From positions 72,016-136,015 of the forward strand of contig DUCS01000009.1 in NCBI GenBank assembly GCA_012959695.1: a stretch of 64,000 nucleotides of DNA, read 5' to 3'. The DNA comes from Cycloclasticus sp. (GTDB lineage Bacteria; Pseudomonadota; Gammaproteobacteria; Methylococcales; Cycloclasticaceae). The notes under the pieces were generated by a model. It did no database searches, was not told the DNA's origin, and saw nothing but the letters and a program-made list of their open reading frames with translations. Positions 51,029-62,686 of this stretch are shown here, one piece after another. Every line of letters begins with the position of its first letter. Position 1 is the stretch's first letter. Made by a program: the position numbers and the translations under genes.

Positions 51029-51991
51029 ATGGGAATAAAACTATTGTCAATAAAAAATAAATTTGTCGCTAAATGCTTATTACTCACAAGTACACTGGCC
51101 CTATCGGGTTGCGACGACTGGGTTGTTATGAGCCCTTTTGGCGACATTGCAAAGCAGGAGGCCTTTCTAATAAACGCATCCACCGTATTGATGTTAGTGA
51201 TTGTTGTTCCCGTTCTCCTTATGACCGTTTGGTTCGCATGGAAATACCGCGCATCCAATAAAGATGCCACCTATGAACCTGGCTGGCACCACTCAGCTAC
51301 GCTTGAAACCGTTATTTGGACAACACCACTGATTATTATTTTAGTGCTCAGCGGGCTAACGTATGTTGCTACTCATCGTTTAGACCCTTACTTGCCCATT
51401 TCTAGAATCAGTGAAGATAAGCCACTCCCTGATAATGTGGACACACTGGTTATTGAAGTGGTTGCATTAGATTGGAAGTGGTTATTTATTTACCCCGAAT
51501 ACAATATCGCAACAGTAAACGAAATTGCAGCACCCATTGACCGCCCTATTCAATTCAAAATTACCTCAGGCTCGGTAATGAACTCATTCTATATTCCCGC
51601 GCTGGCAGGACAAATTTACGCGATGTCAGGCATGGAAACTAAAATGCATGCGGTGATTAATGAGAAAGGTGTTTTCGACGGTTTTTCCGCCAATTACAGC
51701 GGCCACGGTTTTTCACAAATGCACTTTAAGTTTCATGGCGTAAACGACGAAGGGTTTGATAGTTGGGTGAGTAAGGTACGCTCCTTAGACAACCAAACAT
51801 TGAACCATCAAGGCTATTTAAAGCTGGAAGAGAAAACAACCGGGCACCCAGTCACCTATTTTTCTACTGTTGGCGATAACCTGTACCACGATATTTTAAA
51901 CCGTTGCGTTGACGCTAATACTGTCTGTATGGACAAGCAGATGCACCTGGATAAACACAGAGCAAAGAACGCTGTAAAGCACAAGGAATAA
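51029..51991 (+). CDS. cyoA: Cytochrome bo3-type quinol oxidase subunit II
   Basis: Lipobox LALSGC, WKYRASN, VVALDWKWLFIYP, SVMNSFYIPALAGQIYAM and SANYSG.GFS.M. No CuA cysteines. Confidence 0.95.
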   Translation: MGIKLLSIKNKFVAKCLLLTSTLALSGCDDWVVMSPFGDIAKQEAFLINASTVLMLVIVVPVLLMTVWFAWKYRASNKDATYEPGWHHSATLETVIWTTPLIIILVLSGLTYVATHRLDPYLPISRISEDKPLPDNVDTLVIEVVALDWKWLFIYPEYNIATVNEIAAPIDRPIQFKITSGSVMNSFYIPALAGQIYAMSGMETKMHAVINEKGVFDGFSANYSGHGFSQMHFKFHGVNDEGFDSWVSKVRSLDNQTLNHQGYLKLEEKTTGHPVTYFSTVGDNLYHDILNRCVDANTVCMDKQMHLDKHRAKNAVKHKE

Positions 51992-52000
51992 GAGACGAGC

Positions 52001-54034
52001 ATGTCAAATAATTACGAAACTATCTACGCCGATGATCGTTGGTCTCCACTATTCGGCAAACTGTCTTGGGACGTTATCCCCTTCCACGAACCCATTCTTA
52101 TAGCGACTTTTTTAGCGGTTATTATTGGTGGCATAGCGCTCGTTGCCTTCATTACTCATAAAAAAGCATGGGGTTACTTGTGGACCGAATGGCTGACCAG
52201 TATTGATCATAAGAAAATCGGCATCATGTACATGGTGCTTGGTCTAGTGATGATGATTCGTGGTTTTGCAGATGCCTTATTAATGCGTGCTCACCAATCG
52301 ATGACCTCCAGTGGTGGTGAAGGATTTTTAACACCGCATCATTACGATCAAATCTTCACCGCACACGGCGTGATTATGATCTTTTTTGTTGCTATGCCGT
52401 TTGTTACGGGGCTGATGAACTATGTCACACCACTCCAAATAGGCGCACGTGACGTTGCCTTCCCCTTCCTGAATAACTTCAGTTTTTGGATGACGGTTGG
52501 CGGCGCGATATTGGTTAATGTGTCATTATTTATTGGAGAATTTGGACAAACAGGTTGGCTCGCCTACCCACCGTTATCCGGCATTCAATTTAGCCCCAGC
52601 GTTGGCGTAGATTACTATATCTGGGCCTTGCAGGTTGCCGGCATCGGCACCACGCTGTCGGGTATTAATTTGTTAGTAACGATTGTTAAAATGCGTGCAC
52701 CGGGTATGACGTATATGAAGCTACCTGTTTTCACATGGACATCTTTAGCAACAAACGCACTCATCGTCGCTTCATTCCCAGTATTAACGGCGGTATTGGC
52801 ATTATTAACACTAGATCGTTATTTAGGAACGCACTTCTTTACCAACGACCTTGGCGGCAACGCCATGTTGTACATCAATTTAATTTGGATTTGGGGTCAC
52901 CCAGAAGTGTACATATTAATACTGCCACTGTTTGGCGTGTTTTCTGAAGTGGTTGCTACGCATTGTCGCAAACAAATTTTCGGCTATGACTCGATGGTTT
53001 ACGCCATTGTTGTCATCATGATTCTGTCTTACGTTGTGTGGTTACATCACTTCTTTACGATGGGCTCAGGAGCGGGTGTTAATGCCTTCTTCGGCATAAC
53101 GACGATGATTATATCGATTCCTACAGGGGCGAAAATATTCAACTGGTTGTTCACCATGTATAAAGGGCGCATCACTTACGAGTTGCCTATGATGTGGACT
53201 ATTGCGTTCATCATCACCTTCGTTATTGGCGGAATGACAGGTGTATTGCTTGCTGTACCACCAGCTGACTTTGTATTGCACAACAGCTTGTTCTTAATCG
53301 CTCATTTCCATAACGTGATTATTGGTGGTGTTGTATTTGGTGTTTTTGCCGGCATCAACTTTTGGTTCCCAAAAGCCTTTGGTTATCGCTTAGACTCCTT
53401 CTGGGGAAAAGTCTCTTTCTGGGGTTGGGTTATCGGTTTTTACGTCGCCTTTATGCCACTGTATGTTTTAGGTTTAATGGGTGTTACAAGACGCCTAAGT
53501 CAGTTCCCTGACACGACGTTGAGCGGCTACTTCAACACCGCTGCCATTGGCTCAGTTTTCATTACCATTGGCATCATCGCCTTTTTCATCCAGCTGTATG
53601 TTAGCTATCAAACGCGCGACGAATTACGTGATGACAATGGCGACACCTGGAATGGTGATGGGCGCACATTGGAATGGTCCACCTCTTCACCGCCGCCTCA
53701 ATACAACTTTGCATTCACACCACGCGTACATACTTTTGACACCTGGTGGGATATGAAAAAGCATGGCTACCAACGCCCTACTGACGGTTTCAATGCCATC
53801 CATATGCCTAAAAACACCGGCGCGGGCATCATTATCGCGATGCTGTGTACTATTATGGGTTTTGCCTTGGTTTGGCAAATTTGGTGGTTGTCAGCCCTAT
53901 CGTTCGTTACAGTTATTATTGCCAGCATTATCCATACGTTTAATTACGATCGTGATTACTACATTCCTGTGGAAGAAGTTGATGCTATTGAAACCAAACG
54001 AACCGAGCAACTCGCAAAAGGAGGCATCGCATGA
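52001..54034 (+). CDS. cyoB: Quinol oxidase subunit I
   Basis: [39 protein letters not shown] and [10 protein letters not shown]. Confidence 0.97.
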   Translation: MSNNYETIYADDRWSPLFGKLSWDVIPFHEPILIATFLAVIIGGIALVAFITHKKAWGYLWTEWLTSIDHKKIGIMYMVLGLVMMIRGFADALLMRAHQSMTSSGGEGFLTPHHYDQIFTAHGVIMIFFVAMPFVTGLMNYVTPLQIGARDVAFPFLNNFSFWMTVGGAILVNVSLFIGEFGQTGWLAYPPLSGIQFSPSVGVDYYIWALQVAGIGTTLSGINLLVTIVKMRAPGMTYMKLPVFTWTSLATNALIVASFPVLTAVLALLTLDRYLGTHFFTNDLGGNAMLYINLIWIWGHPEVYILILPLFGVFSEVVATHCRKQIFGYDSMVYAIVVIMILSYVVWLHHFFTMGSGAGVNAFFGITTMIISIPTGAKIFNWLFTMYKGRITYELPMMWTIAFIITFVIGGMTGVLLAVPPADFVLHNSLFLIAHFHNVIIGGVVFGVFAGINFWFPKAFGYRLDSFWGKVSFWGWVIGFYVAFMPLYVLGLMGVTRRLSQFPDTTLSGYFNTAAIGSVFITIGIIAFFIQLYVSYQTRDELRDDNGDTWNGDGRTLEWSTSSPPPQYNFAFTPRVHTFDTWWDMKKHGYQRPTDGFNAIHMPKNTGAGIIIAMLCTIMGFALVWQIWWLSALSFVTVIIASIIHTFNYDRDYYIPVEEVDAIETKRTEQLAKGGIA

Positions 54035-54657
54035 GCACTAACAATAGCGTTGCTGAACAAGTAGACAACGCGCCTTTGTTCCACATGCAAAAAGACCCTC
54101 ATAACGAACCCGGAACCTTGCTTGGGTTCTGGATTTACTTGATGAGTGATTGCCTTATTTTTGCCATGTTATTCGCCACACGTGCTGTATTGGCGCCTAA
54201 CTACGCGGGTTCTCCATTACCTAAGGAAGTATTTGATATTCCGCTAATTCTAGTATCGACGTTCTGCCTGTTATTTTCGTCCATAACATACGGCTTTTCT
54301 GTGCTACAAATGCAGCAAAATAAGCTTAATGGTACGTTGATATGGCTTGGGGTCACATGGCTTCTTGGTGCTGCCTTTATTGGCATTGAGTTGTACGAAT
54401 TCAACCATTTAATTCATATTGGCGCCTCACCGCAATCCAGCGCATCGTGGTCGTCATTCTTTGCATTGGTAGGTACTCACGGTTTACACGTGTTCTTCGG
54501 GCTCGTTTGGATGGTGGTATTAATTATACAAACAAAAAAACACGGCTTAACCATTGCTAACCAACGTCGTTTATTTTGCCTCAGCATGTTCTGGCACTTT
54601 CTTGATTTAATTTGGATTGCTGTTTTCTCACTGGTTTATTTGGCTGGAGTTTTATAA
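54031..54657 (+). CDS. cyoC: Quinol oxidase subunit III
   Basis: [23 protein letters not shown] and [10 protein letters not shown]. Confidence 0.96.
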   Translation: MSTNNSVAEQVDNAPLFHMQKDPHNEPGTLLGFWIYLMSDCLIFAMLFATRAVLAPNYAGSPLPKEVFDIPLILVSTFCLLFSSITYGFSVLQMQQNKLNGTLIWLGVTWLLGAAFIGIELYEFNHLIHIGASPQSSASWSSFFALVGTHGLHVFFGLVWMVVLIIQTKKHGLTIANQRRLFCLSMFWHFLDLIWIAVFSLVYLAGVL

Positions 54658-55040
54658 TGAGTTCACATGACAATACCCATCAAGAAGTTGAAGGCGCACC
54701 TCACGCAAGCTTTAGAGAATATATGATTGGCTTTGGTCTATCGGTGATTCTCACCCTTATTCCTTTTTGGCTGGTAATGGGCGAGGTGATTGATCACAGA
54801 GGTTTAACCATCTTTATCGTTGTTATTTTTGGCATTGCGCAAATGCTCGTGCACATGGTGTATTTTTTACACCTGAATGCTACCTCAGAAGATGGCTGGA
54901 ATATTATTTCTCTGGCTTTCACCGTTATGCTGGTTGCAATAGCGGTCGCTGGTTCAGTTTGGGTTATGTACAACCTAGATAACAACATGATGCCAAGCAT
55001 GCAAGATGTGATGAATACGTTACCGCTAAACAGCAATTAA
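54657..55040 (+). CDS. cyoD: Quinol oxidase subunit IV
   Basis: ATG overlaps the cyoC stop (TAATG). YMIGFGLSVILTLIPF, QMLVHMVYFLH and GSVWVMYNL. Confidence 0.95.
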   Translation: MSSHDNTHQEVEGAPHASFREYMIGFGLSVILTLIPFWLVMGEVIDHRGLTIFIVVIFGIAQMLVHMVYFLHLNATSEDGWNIISLAFTVMLVAIAVAGSVWVMYNLDNNMMPSMQDVMNTLPLNSN

Positions 55041-55048
55041 CATCATGA

Positions 55049-55798
55049 ATGAGTTACCTCAGCGACAACGGTAAACCACTTTCAGGAAAACCAGTTTTAT
55101 CCTGGTTTATCAGTGTGGCCATCGTTCTTTCAATTATTGGTTTGATACTGCTCGGTAACTGGCAACTAAACCGGTTAGATTGGAAACTCGCATTGATAGA
55201 CCGCGTTGAAAGCCGAGTCTCTGCCGCAGTTGTCACTGCGCCATCAAAAGAGCAATGGACTTCGGTTACCCAAGAAAAAGATGAGTATCGACACGTGGCC
55301 ATTCAAGGCCAGTTTTTGAACGAAAAAGAAACACTCGTTTGGGCAATAACCGAACACGGTAATGGTTATTGGGTATTAACCCCTCTTGTAACAACTAAGC
55401 ATGAAACTATATTGATAAATCGTGGCTTCGTTCCCATCGATTCAGCGAGCCCGTCAACACGCCTAGCTGGTCAAATTAAAGGCGATGTCACTGTCACCGG
55501 TTTACTCCGAATCAATGAACCGAATGGAATACCTCTTCGAGATAACGACCCTAATGCCGAACATTGGTATTCACGAGATGTTGTGGCCATTGCCAAGGCA
55601 AGAGGCCTGGAAAATATCGCCCCCTACTTCATTGATGCCGACAACACCAAAAACCCTAGTGGATTACCTATGGGCGGCTTAACCATCGTTAATTACAGAA
55701 ACTCTCATCTCACCTATGCACTGACTTGGTATGGCTTAGCATTACTGTTGGCCATAATGAGCATATATGTCATACGACTTGAACGGAAAAGTTCTTAG
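55049..55798 (+). CDS. SURF1 family oxidase assembly protein
   Basis: LGNWQLNRLDWK, GYWVLTPL, INRGFVP and NSHLTYALTWYGLA. Confidence 0.94.
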   Translation: MSYLSDNGKPLSGKPVLSWFISVAIVLSIIGLILLGNWQLNRLDWKLALIDRVESRVSAAVVTAPSKEQWTSVTQEKDEYRHVAIQGQFLNEKETLVWAITEHGNGYWVLTPLVTTKHETILINRGFVPIDSASPSTRLAGQIKGDVTVTGLLRINEPNGIPLRDNDPNAEHWYSRDVVAIAKARGLENIAPYFIDADNTKNPSGLPMGGLTIVNYRNSHLTYALTWYGLALLLAIMSIYVIRLERKSS

Positions 55799-55855
55799 TT
55801 ACCAAAACTGCCCTTTTATGGACCGTGAATTTCTTAGCATAAATTACGCAATCAT

Positions 55856-56545
55856 CTAATTAAACAACACATTGAGAGATGATATAAAGACATCCACAGG
55901 AAGATTAGCGACATGTGTAACCATTGACATGCCATAGACCATCATTGACCAGAGAAGGCTTTTTAACAAACCACTCACTAATAACATAACGAGTATTAAC
56001 AAACTCCAGCTCTCGATCTTATTCAGATATTCAACATACTTCAATGGCAAAAACGTTGTTAGAAAGCGTCCGCCGTCCAGCGGTGGTATTGGTAATAAAT
56101 TAAACATCATCAACGCTGTATTTATAAAAACACCTGCGGCTCCAACATGCAAAAAGATGTTACCCGCTGATATAAATTCGGAGGGAAACCAAGCGCCTAT
56201 TTTCATTACCAGAACCCAAAATACGGCCATTAACAAGTTTGCTAGTGGCCCTGCTAATAAGACCAAACGAAAATGTTTGATTGGATTAGGGAAATTTTTA
56301 GGTTGTATGGGAACTGGCTTTGCCCAACCAAAAACGAAACCAGCCATCCATAGCAGAAGCACAGGAATGATAATGGAGCCGATTGGATCAATGTGTTTTA
56401 TCGGGTTTAGGCTTAAACGGCCATGTTTTACAGCGCTATCATCACCGAAATATTTGGCAACATAGCCATGAGAAATTTCATGCAATGTAATTGCATATAT
56501 AACAGGCACAATCCATAGTGAAATTTTATAAAGTATATCCATCAA
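55856..56545 (-). CDS. Site-2 protease (M50 family)
   Basis: HEISHG, GRLSLNPIKHIDP, AGPLAN and FNLLPIPPLDGG. Confidence 0.94.
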   Translation of the reverse strand: MMDILYKISLWIVPVIYAITLHEISHGYVAKYFGDDSAVKHGRLSLNPIKHIDPIGSIIIPVLLLWMAGFVFGWAKPVPIQPKNFPNPIKHFRLVLLAGPLANLLMAVFWVLVMKIGAWFPSEFISAGNIFLHVGAAGVFINTALMMFNLLPIPPLDGGRFLTTFLPLKYVEYLNKIESWSLLILVMLLVSGLLKSLLWSMMVYGMSMVTHVANLPVDVFISSLNVLFN

Positions 56546-56638
56546 TTAAATTAACGATTAACTCAGTTAGTTTAAATCACCTGCTTGCCATCACACTCCT
56601 ATCAAACACAAGCAAAACGGGTGCAGCAGTAATTTGAA

Positions 56639-57592
56639 TTAATTCGCGCCACAACATTTTTTATATTTTTTCCCACTTCCACAATAACACGAATCATTAC
56701 GACCAATTTTCTTTGACGTACGAGTAACCGTATCTGGGCGCCAACCAATAGGTGCCCCACGTTCGCCAGGAGCAACCTTTTTATCTACGATAGGCACAGA
56801 CAATGCGGCATAATCCATTCCCTTATCCAATGCTTTTTCATCAGGGTATAACCACCACGTAAGCTCTTGTATTGGTGATTTAATGTAACCATCTACTACA
56901 TTTTTTTTAGACTTCAAAACATCAATCAAGTTAACCTTTAAACAAGCATCTAATGATTGTTCGTTTAAAACGATGGGCTCTATCAACTTCTTTTTAATCG
57001 CTTTTCTTAACGGTTTTTCCAGTTCATATGGGTGCAAATCATATGCAATCAAGGCAATACTATCCCAAACATAACTGGGTTTAGCCTCAAGCTTACCGTC
57101 CATCAACTCCTTTAAGTAGCTAACAATATCTTCACGACTTAATGCGCCTTCTTTCCAAAGCACCATGAGACTGTCTAACGCCCCAGAGCGAAGCCAAGGA
57201 CTGACATCAGGATTTTCAACGACCGATTTGATGGGTTCCATATCCCCATCAAACACAGACGCCAAAATACGCCCTAATGCTTCCGTAAAAACTTCACCTG
57301 TCAGCTTTATTACCTCATCGCCAGGGTGCGATATTAACTTTATGATTAAAGGGTATGCAGCCTTTTCTTTAAAGTATGCCAATAGAAACAATGAAACAAC
57401 ATGCCGTATATAACCACTGTCATACGTTGAAATAATCTTGGGGTTATTCGAAAAATCACTTAGCTCACTCAGCAAATAAGGTGTTAGCAAATCCTGATGC
57501 CCTTCGACTTTTTTAAACACATCCTCTGTTGGAGGTGAGGATATTGTTTTTAACTGATCAAAAATTTCATTAGCTGTGGTGTTTGAATTCAT
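56639..57592 (-). CDS. DUF1186-like protein with C-terminal SEC-C motif
   Basis: LFLLAYFKEKAAYP..I; C-terminal KIGRNDSCYCGSGKKYKKCC. Confidence 0.85.
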   Translation of the reverse strand: MNSNTTANEIFDQLKTISSPPTEDVFKKVEGHQDLLTPYLLSELSDFSNNPKIISTYDSGYIRHVVSLFLLAYFKEKAAYPLIIKLISHPGDEVIKLTGEVFTEALGRILASVFDGDMEPIKSVVENPDVSPWLRSGALDSLMVLWKEGALSREDIVSYLKELMDGKLEAKPSYVWDSIALIAYDLHPYELEKPLRKAIKKKLIEPIVLNEQSLDACLKVNLIDVLKSKKNVVDGYIKSPIQELTWWLYPDEKALDKGMDYAALSVPIVDKKVAPGERGAPIGWRPDTVTRTSKKIGRNDSCYCGSGKKYKKCCGAN

Positions 57593-57604
57593 GCTCTGCT
57601 CTGG

Positions 57605-58018
57605 TTAAGTTGATTCGTCATCACATATGTGACTAAAACGTAAACGTGAAATAAAATAGCGCCTAATTATTTTTTGTAAATTCGTAGTGGGCTCAGCAAC
57701 TTCTTGATTACACCATCTGTAATTTAACAGGTCTGTTGATTTTTGTACCTCAAGAGAAAAACCCATTGCTATGTTTTGAGCCGAATTTCGTTGGTTATTA
57801 GCACACAAATGTAGAATCTTTTTATTAAGCCTCAAGCCTTTTTGTTCTGCGTCCTTTAACACGCTTCGATCTAACTTTGTAGAGCAATTATTTGCCCGCT
57901 CCACAATCGCACCAGACGAAGCTCCAACAGACTGAGTTAACACAAGCTGATCATTTGCTATGCCAGATACAGTCATCAGAATAAGCGCTAGGGAAAATGT
58001 TAATTTAATATTTATCAT
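57605..58018 (-). CDS. Exported hypothetical protein with four Cys
   Basis: Signal-peptide-like N-terminus; helical body with 4 cysteines. Confidence 0.6.
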   Translation of the reverse strand: MINIKLTFSLALILMTVSGIANDQLVLTQSVGASSGAIVERANNCSTKLDRSVLKDAEQKGLRLNKKILHLCANNQRNSAQNIAMGFSLEVQKSTDLLNYRWCNQEVAEPTTNLQKIIRRYFISRLRFSHICDDEST

Positions 58019-58033
58019 AATAAAGTTTAACTC

Positions 58034-58060
58034 AAAAAAAACGGCCTATACGGCCGTTTT
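58034..58060 (-). terminator. Terminator of the hydrogenase structural operon
   Basis: AAAACGGCC-TATAC-GGCCGTTTT, with an 8-A run giving a T tail on the minus strand. Confidence 0.8.
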
Positions 58061-58096
58061 CATTATCATTGGTATAGACAGTATTTATATCACTAT

Positions 58097-58807
58097 TTAA
58101 TGCCCATCATCGACATCACGTTTATCTTTAAACGTACGCCAGCCGCTGATCATCGTGCTCACCAGACTTTGGCGAGACATTATGTCTTCGCGTATAGCAA
58201 CATAGACATGCATTATTATAAATAGGATAAGCACCCACATAACTAAATGGTGGAATGTATGCACATCTTGGCTTTGTCCAAATAATGGAATAATCCAACC
58301 ACTAAAATATGTATATTGCCAGCTATCATAACCCGCACCTTCGCCATATAAGGCTAGCCCCGTAAAGATCATGAAGATCGTCCCCCAGACAAGCATGATA
58401 TGCATGAAAATAACAGCCATTGGATTATGACCTGTGTATTTACGAGGCTCTTTAGCTATAAATAAATACCATTTTGCTTCGTGAAAAACACCGTCCCAAA
58501 ACTCCCCACTAAAAATGGGAGGGAAAAATATCTGACGCGCATGTGAATTACCAACAAAAGCCCAGTAAATTCGTCCTAGAAACCCAATAATGAAAATATA
58601 GGCCGCCGCAAAATGTGCAAAACGAATATAACCCATTAAAAAGTTATCGCTAGCTTCTCCGGGCATTGTCGGTGGAGGTGAACCAATGAAATATCCCGTG
58701 ATGCATAAAACAATAATAGCTAATGCATTAATCCAATGCCAAATACGAACCGGTGCTTCATAAACATAGACAGCCGGTTCACTGTGAGATTTAGTTGAAG
58801 TTGACAT
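58097..58807 (-). CDS. hupC: [NiFe]-hydrogenase cytochrome b subunit (HupC/HyaC/HoxZ)
   Basis: YVYEAPVRIWHWIN, IRFAHF, GHNPMA and HVYVAIREDIMSRQS. Confidence 0.95.
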   Translation of the reverse strand: MSTSTKSHSEPAVYVYEAPVRIWHWINALAIIVLCITGYFIGSPPPTMPGEASDNFLMGYIRFAHFAAAYIFIIGFLGRIYWAFVGNSHARQIFFPPIFSGEFWDGVFHEAKWYLFIAKEPRKYTGHNPMAVIFMHIMLVWGTIFMIFTGLALYGEGAGYDSWQYTYFSGWIIPLFGQSQDVHTFHHLVMWVLILFIIMHVYVAIREDIMSRQSLVSTMISGWRTFKDKRDVDDGH

Positions 58808-58821
58808 AACGACGCCTCCGA

Positions 58822-60627
58822 TTACGAACCAATAGGCCCAGTTGTGACTACTGTCAGCTTTTCACCCTCTTCTGTCATGACGTGTGTAGAGCAAGCTAAA
58901 CAAGGGTCAAAGCTATGAAGATTACGCAAAATCTCAACCGGCTCATGCGGCACTTCAACCTTAGTATTCATCATCGATGCCTCAAATGCGCCAATATTAC
59001 CGGCTTCATCACGAGGTGATCCATTCCAAGTTGTTGGAACAACACACTGGTAGTTTTCAATCTTAGTATCTTTGATTTTTATCCAGTGAGCCAATGCTCC
59101 ACGAGGTGCTTCACTAAAGCCAACGCCTTTCGCTTCTTTTGGCCAATCTTTAGGGTCCCACATCTCACCACCGTGAGTTGCCTCGTCACCATTTTTGATA
59201 TTCGTCATCAACCTATCAAAGAAATACAATTGTTGATCCGCCGCCCATTGTGCCTCAAGAGCTCGGGCTGCAGTACGGCCCAATGTAGAGAACAATGCAG
59301 TTAGTGGCACATCGAGCGTTTTCAGTGTCATGTTGATTTGTTCGGTCCAATATTCATGGCCCTGGGCATAACCCACCACATAACGCGCTAATGGGCCCAC
59401 TTCCATCGCATGACCTTTCCATCGAGGCGCTTTAATCCACGAGTAACTCGCATTTTCATCCAGCTCTTCAATATTGTGTTTTGTACCTTTAGCTGTACTA
59501 ACATCAAAATGAGGATCCGTAATACCATCCCAGGGGTGTAAGCCTTTAACGCCTTTGGGGTATTTGTACCAAGAATGAGGAACGAATTCCTGAATCTGTT
59601 CAGGGTCACGGAGATCAACTTCATGAATTTCATCAAGTTTACCATTGATAATTGCTCCACGAGGCATCATTAAATTACCGGCAGAGTAGTCATTCGCTTT
59701 GATTGGAATATCACCATAAGCTAAGACATTAGAACCGGAGATACCTCCACCGTATAACCAGCCTTTATAGAACTGGCCAATCGCTAAAATATCAGGGATG
59801 TAAACATTATCCACAAACGTTTTAGTTTGCTTAATTATTTCATGAACCTGGTTAAGGTTAACCATATTCAAACCGCCCACAGCACCTACACCATCAACAT
59901 TGATAGGGCAAGGTACACCACCAACTGTCCAGTTAGGATGCGTATCTTTACCACCAAAAATGGTACGAGTTTTCATGATTTCTTTTTGGAAATCCAACGC
60001 TTCTAGATAGTGTGTTACCGCCATCAAATCCGCTTCTGGTGGAAGTAGGTAAGCTGGGTTCGTCCAATAGCCATTTTTAAAGGGGCCCAATTGGCCCGAT
60101 TCAATAAACTTTTTAAGTCTATTTTGCACATCACGGAAATAGCCTGGTGAAGAATTAGGGTGATGTGGAGACACTTGTTGTTGTAATGCAGACGTCGCTT
60201 TTGGGTCAGCTTTCAGCGCATTTACTGGGTTAACCCAATCTAATGCATGCAAGTGATAAAAATGCACCAAATGATCGTGAATTTGCAATGACAATTGCAT
60301 GATATTACGAATGCTATTAGCATTTTCTGGAATATTAATGCCTAACGCATCTTCTACAGAACGTACAGATGTCAACGCATGTGTGCCCGTACAAACACCA
60401 CAAATACGTTGCACGAAAGCCCAGGCATCACGCGGATCACGACCTTTAAGAATAACCTCTAGCCCACGCCAAATAGTGCCTGAGGAAACAGCGTTAGTAA
60501 TAATATTGTCTGAATTGATATTCACTTCAGCTCGCATGTGACCTTCAATCCTTGTGACAGGATCTACAACATGACGAGTACCTGAGTTATCTAACGTGTA
60601 CCCATTAGGTGTTTTTATAACGCTCAT
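58822..60627 (-). CDS. hupL: Group 1d [NiFe]-hydrogenase large subunit (HupL/HyaB/HoxG)
   Basis: [10 protein letters not shown]1 [11 protein letters not shown]2 [11 protein letters not shown] and a cleavable C-terminal tail. Confidence 0.97.
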   Translation of the reverse strand: MSVIKTPNGYTLDNSGTRHVVDPVTRIEGHMRAEVNINSDNIITNAVSSGTIWRGLEVILKGRDPRDAWAFVQRICGVCTGTHALTSVRSVEDALGINIPENANSIRNIMQLSLQIHDHLVHFYHLHALDWVNPVNALKADPKATSALQQQVSPHHPNSSPGYFRDVQNRLKKFIESGQLGPFKNGYWTNPAYLLPPEADLMAVTHYLEALDFQKEIMKTRTIFGGKDTHPNWTVGGVPCPINVDGVGAVGGLNMVNLNQVHEIIKQTKTFVDNVYIPDILAIGQFYKGWLYGGGISGSNVLAYGDIPIKANDYSAGNLMMPRGAIINGKLDEIHEVDLRDPEQIQEFVPHSWYKYPKGVKGLHPWDGITDPHFDVSTAKGTKHNIEELDENASYSWIKAPRWKGHAMEVGPLARYVVGYAQGHEYWTEQINMTLKTLDVPLTALFSTLGRTAARALEAQWAADQQLYFFDRLMTNIKNGDEATHGGEMWDPKDWPKEAKGVGFSEAPRGALAHWIKIKDTKIENYQCVVPTTWNGSPRDEAGNIGAFEASMMNTKVEVPHEPVEILRNLHSFDPCLACSTHVMTEEGEKLTVVTTGPIGS

Positions 60628-61712
60628 TATTCTTGATCTCCTTTACTCTGTGTTCGTTTCAATGCTGATACCGCGGCGTGTACTGCAACAGCCCCACCAA
60701 CGACGGTTGCAGCTGCAATACCCACTTCATCTGCGTTTTCTTCAACACCAAATTGGTGAATACTGGTTAAACGGTTGTAGAAGCCGCCTTTATCCCAGAA
60801 ACCATCTTCAGAACAGCCAATACAGGGATGACCCGCTTGAATTGGGAATGAAAGTCCCCCATTCCAACGAATAGTGGAACAAGCATTGTATGTTGTTGGA
60901 CCTTTACAACCCATTTTATATAAGCAGTAGCCTTTTCGAGCTGCTTCATCATCCCATTTTTCAACAAATTGACCGGCGTCAAAATGTGGGCGGCGATAGC
61001 ATTTATCGTGAATTCTTTGACTATAAAACATTTTAGGTCGACCTTGCCTATCCAACGATGGCAATTTCTCAAATGTCAGTATGTAAGTGATAACGGCTGT
61101 CATCACTTCTGCAATGGGCGGACAGCCCGGTACTTTGATAATCGGCGCGTTACCTAAATCTGGCACCTTATGAATCGGCGTTGCTCCAGTCGGATTAGGC
61201 GAAGCTGCCTGTACACAACCCCATGATGCACATGAACCCCAAGAAATAATTGCCTTCGCATGCTTAGCGGCGTGCCTTAATTGTTCCGTGAATGGTTTCC
61301 CAGCAATAATGCATGACATACCACCCGTATGCTCTTGTTCTAAACCCGGGTTACCCTCACAAGCTAATATATAGTTACCATCATATTTCTCGATAGTCTC
61401 TTCAATAATTGCCTCAGCCTGATGACCTGCTGCCGCCATAATTGTGTCATCATAATCTAGGGAAATCATAGACAGAATAACGTCTTTAGCTAATGGGTGT
61501 GCAGAGCGAATGAATGACTCAGAACAGCACGTGCACTCTAAACCATGCAACCATAAAACGGGAATACGTGGTTTAGTCTCCATTGCATGGGCTATTTTTC
61601 CAGCATACGCAGGACTTAATCCCATTGCCGCAGCTGTTAAGCCGCAAAATTTCAAAAAGCTTCGGCGGGTTATCCCCTGCCTGCGCATCACGTCATAAAA
61701 TGTTTCTACCAT
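60627..61712 (-). CDS. hupS: O2-tolerant [NiFe]-hydrogenase small subunit (HupS/HyaA/HoxK)
   Basis: Tat motif [14 protein letters not shown] and [10 protein letters not shown] carry the supernumerary Cys. C-terminal TM segment. ATG 61712 follows GAGG. Confidence 0.97.
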   Translation of the reverse strand: MVETFYDVMRRQGITRRSFLKFCGLTAAAMGLSPAYAGKIAHAMETKPRIPVLWLHGLECTCCSESFIRSAHPLAKDVILSMISLDYDDTIMAAAGHQAEAIIEETIEKYDGNYILACEGNPGLEQEHTGGMSCIIAGKPFTEQLRHAAKHAKAIISWGSCASWGCVQAASPNPTGATPIHKVPDLGNAPIIKVPGCPPIAEVMTAVITYILTFEKLPSLDRQGRPKMFYSQRIHDKCYRRPHFDAGQFVEKWDDEAARKGYCLYKMGCKGPTTYNACSTIRWNGGLSFPIQAGHPCIGCSEDGFWDKGGFYNRLTSIHQFGVEENADEVGIAAATVVGGAVAVHAAVSALKRTQSKGDQE

Positions 61713-61756
61713 TGACTCAGCCTCATTTAAGTTTATTTTTATCACTAGCAGTACGG

Positions 61757-61772
61757 AGCAAAATGCATACCA
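61757..61772 (-). promoter_or_regulatory. Sigma-54 promoter of hupSLC
   Basis: TGGTATGCATTTTGCT is GG-N10-GC with TTGC, about 45 bp upstream of the hupS ATG. Confidence 0.7.
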
Positions 61773-61992
61773 ACTTTTTTATTGCTTAATAAGCATCGAC
61801 TTTAACTCCCTCACTTCTTAATAGCCAACCATGTATCCGATTTATCTTTACTTACTGGATAGCAAATAACCACCTCAGACAAAAATAATTATGGCTTGTT
61901 TGTGAAAATAACCTTTACACAATCGCCCGATAGTGTAATCATTCTTTACGCTTTTTATGCATCAAAGAAATATAGAAATATCAATCAATAAT

Positions 61993-62685
61993 ATGAAACA
62001 AACTTTAATACTAGGCATTGGCAATATTCTATGGGCCGATGAAGGATTTGGCGTTCGCACAGTTGAGCACCTGAATGAACACTATCAATTTGACGACAAC
62101 GTCACTTTGATGGACGGTGGAACTCAAGGTATTTACCTCGTTCAATACGTCGAAGAGGCTGATGTTTTAGTCGTTTTTGATGCCATTGATTACGGCCTTG
62201 AACCTGGCGAAATGAAGCTCATCGAAGGCGATGAGGTACCCAAGTATATGGGTGCTAAAAAAATGAGCCTCCACCAAACAGGCTTCCAAGAAGTTCTAAT
62301 GATGGCTGACATGTTGGAACGATACCCAAGCCATTTACTACTCGTCGGCGTTCAACCTGTTGAACTTGAGGACTTCGGCGGTAGTTTAAGAGAGAAAACA
62401 CGCTTACAAATTGAGCCGGCCATCGAAGCTGCGCTTAATTGGTTAAAGCAATTTGATATTTACGCGACTAAAAGAGCCGTACCTATAGCGCCAGAACTTT
62501 CTTTATCTGGCCATGAAGTGAGTATGGAAAATTATGAAAATAATCGCCCTTCAGCCGAACTAGCTAGCCGGATCGGCGATGATCGAGTTATTCATTCCAA
62601 AGCCTTCCACATAGAGTACAAACCGCACCTTCTTGATCAGGAAGAAGTTATCAGCTGTGACGTTGACCACCGAGGCAAGTACTAG
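61993..62685 (+). CDS. hupD: Hydrogenase maturation protease (HupD/HyaD)
   Basis: LGIGNILWADEGFG, DGGTQG, FDAIDYG and SLHQTGFQEVL. Confidence 0.95.
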   Translation: MKQTLILGIGNILWADEGFGVRTVEHLNEHYQFDDNVTLMDGGTQGIYLVQYVEEADVLVVFDAIDYGLEPGEMKLIEGDEVPKYMGAKKMSLHQTGFQEVLMMADMLERYPSHLLLVGVQPVELEDFGGSLREKTRLQIEPAIEAALNWLKQFDIYATKRAVPIAPELSLSGHEVSMENYENNRPSAELASRIGDDRVIHSKAFHIEYKPHLLDQEEVISCDVDHRGKY

Positions 62686-62686
62686 T

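Noticed and set aside
61713-61745. Longer hupS start (GTG at 61745) from the ORF track
   Set aside because: It coincides with the predicted sigma-54 transcription start and lacks an RBS. ATG 61712 has GAGG and gives the typical N-terminus.
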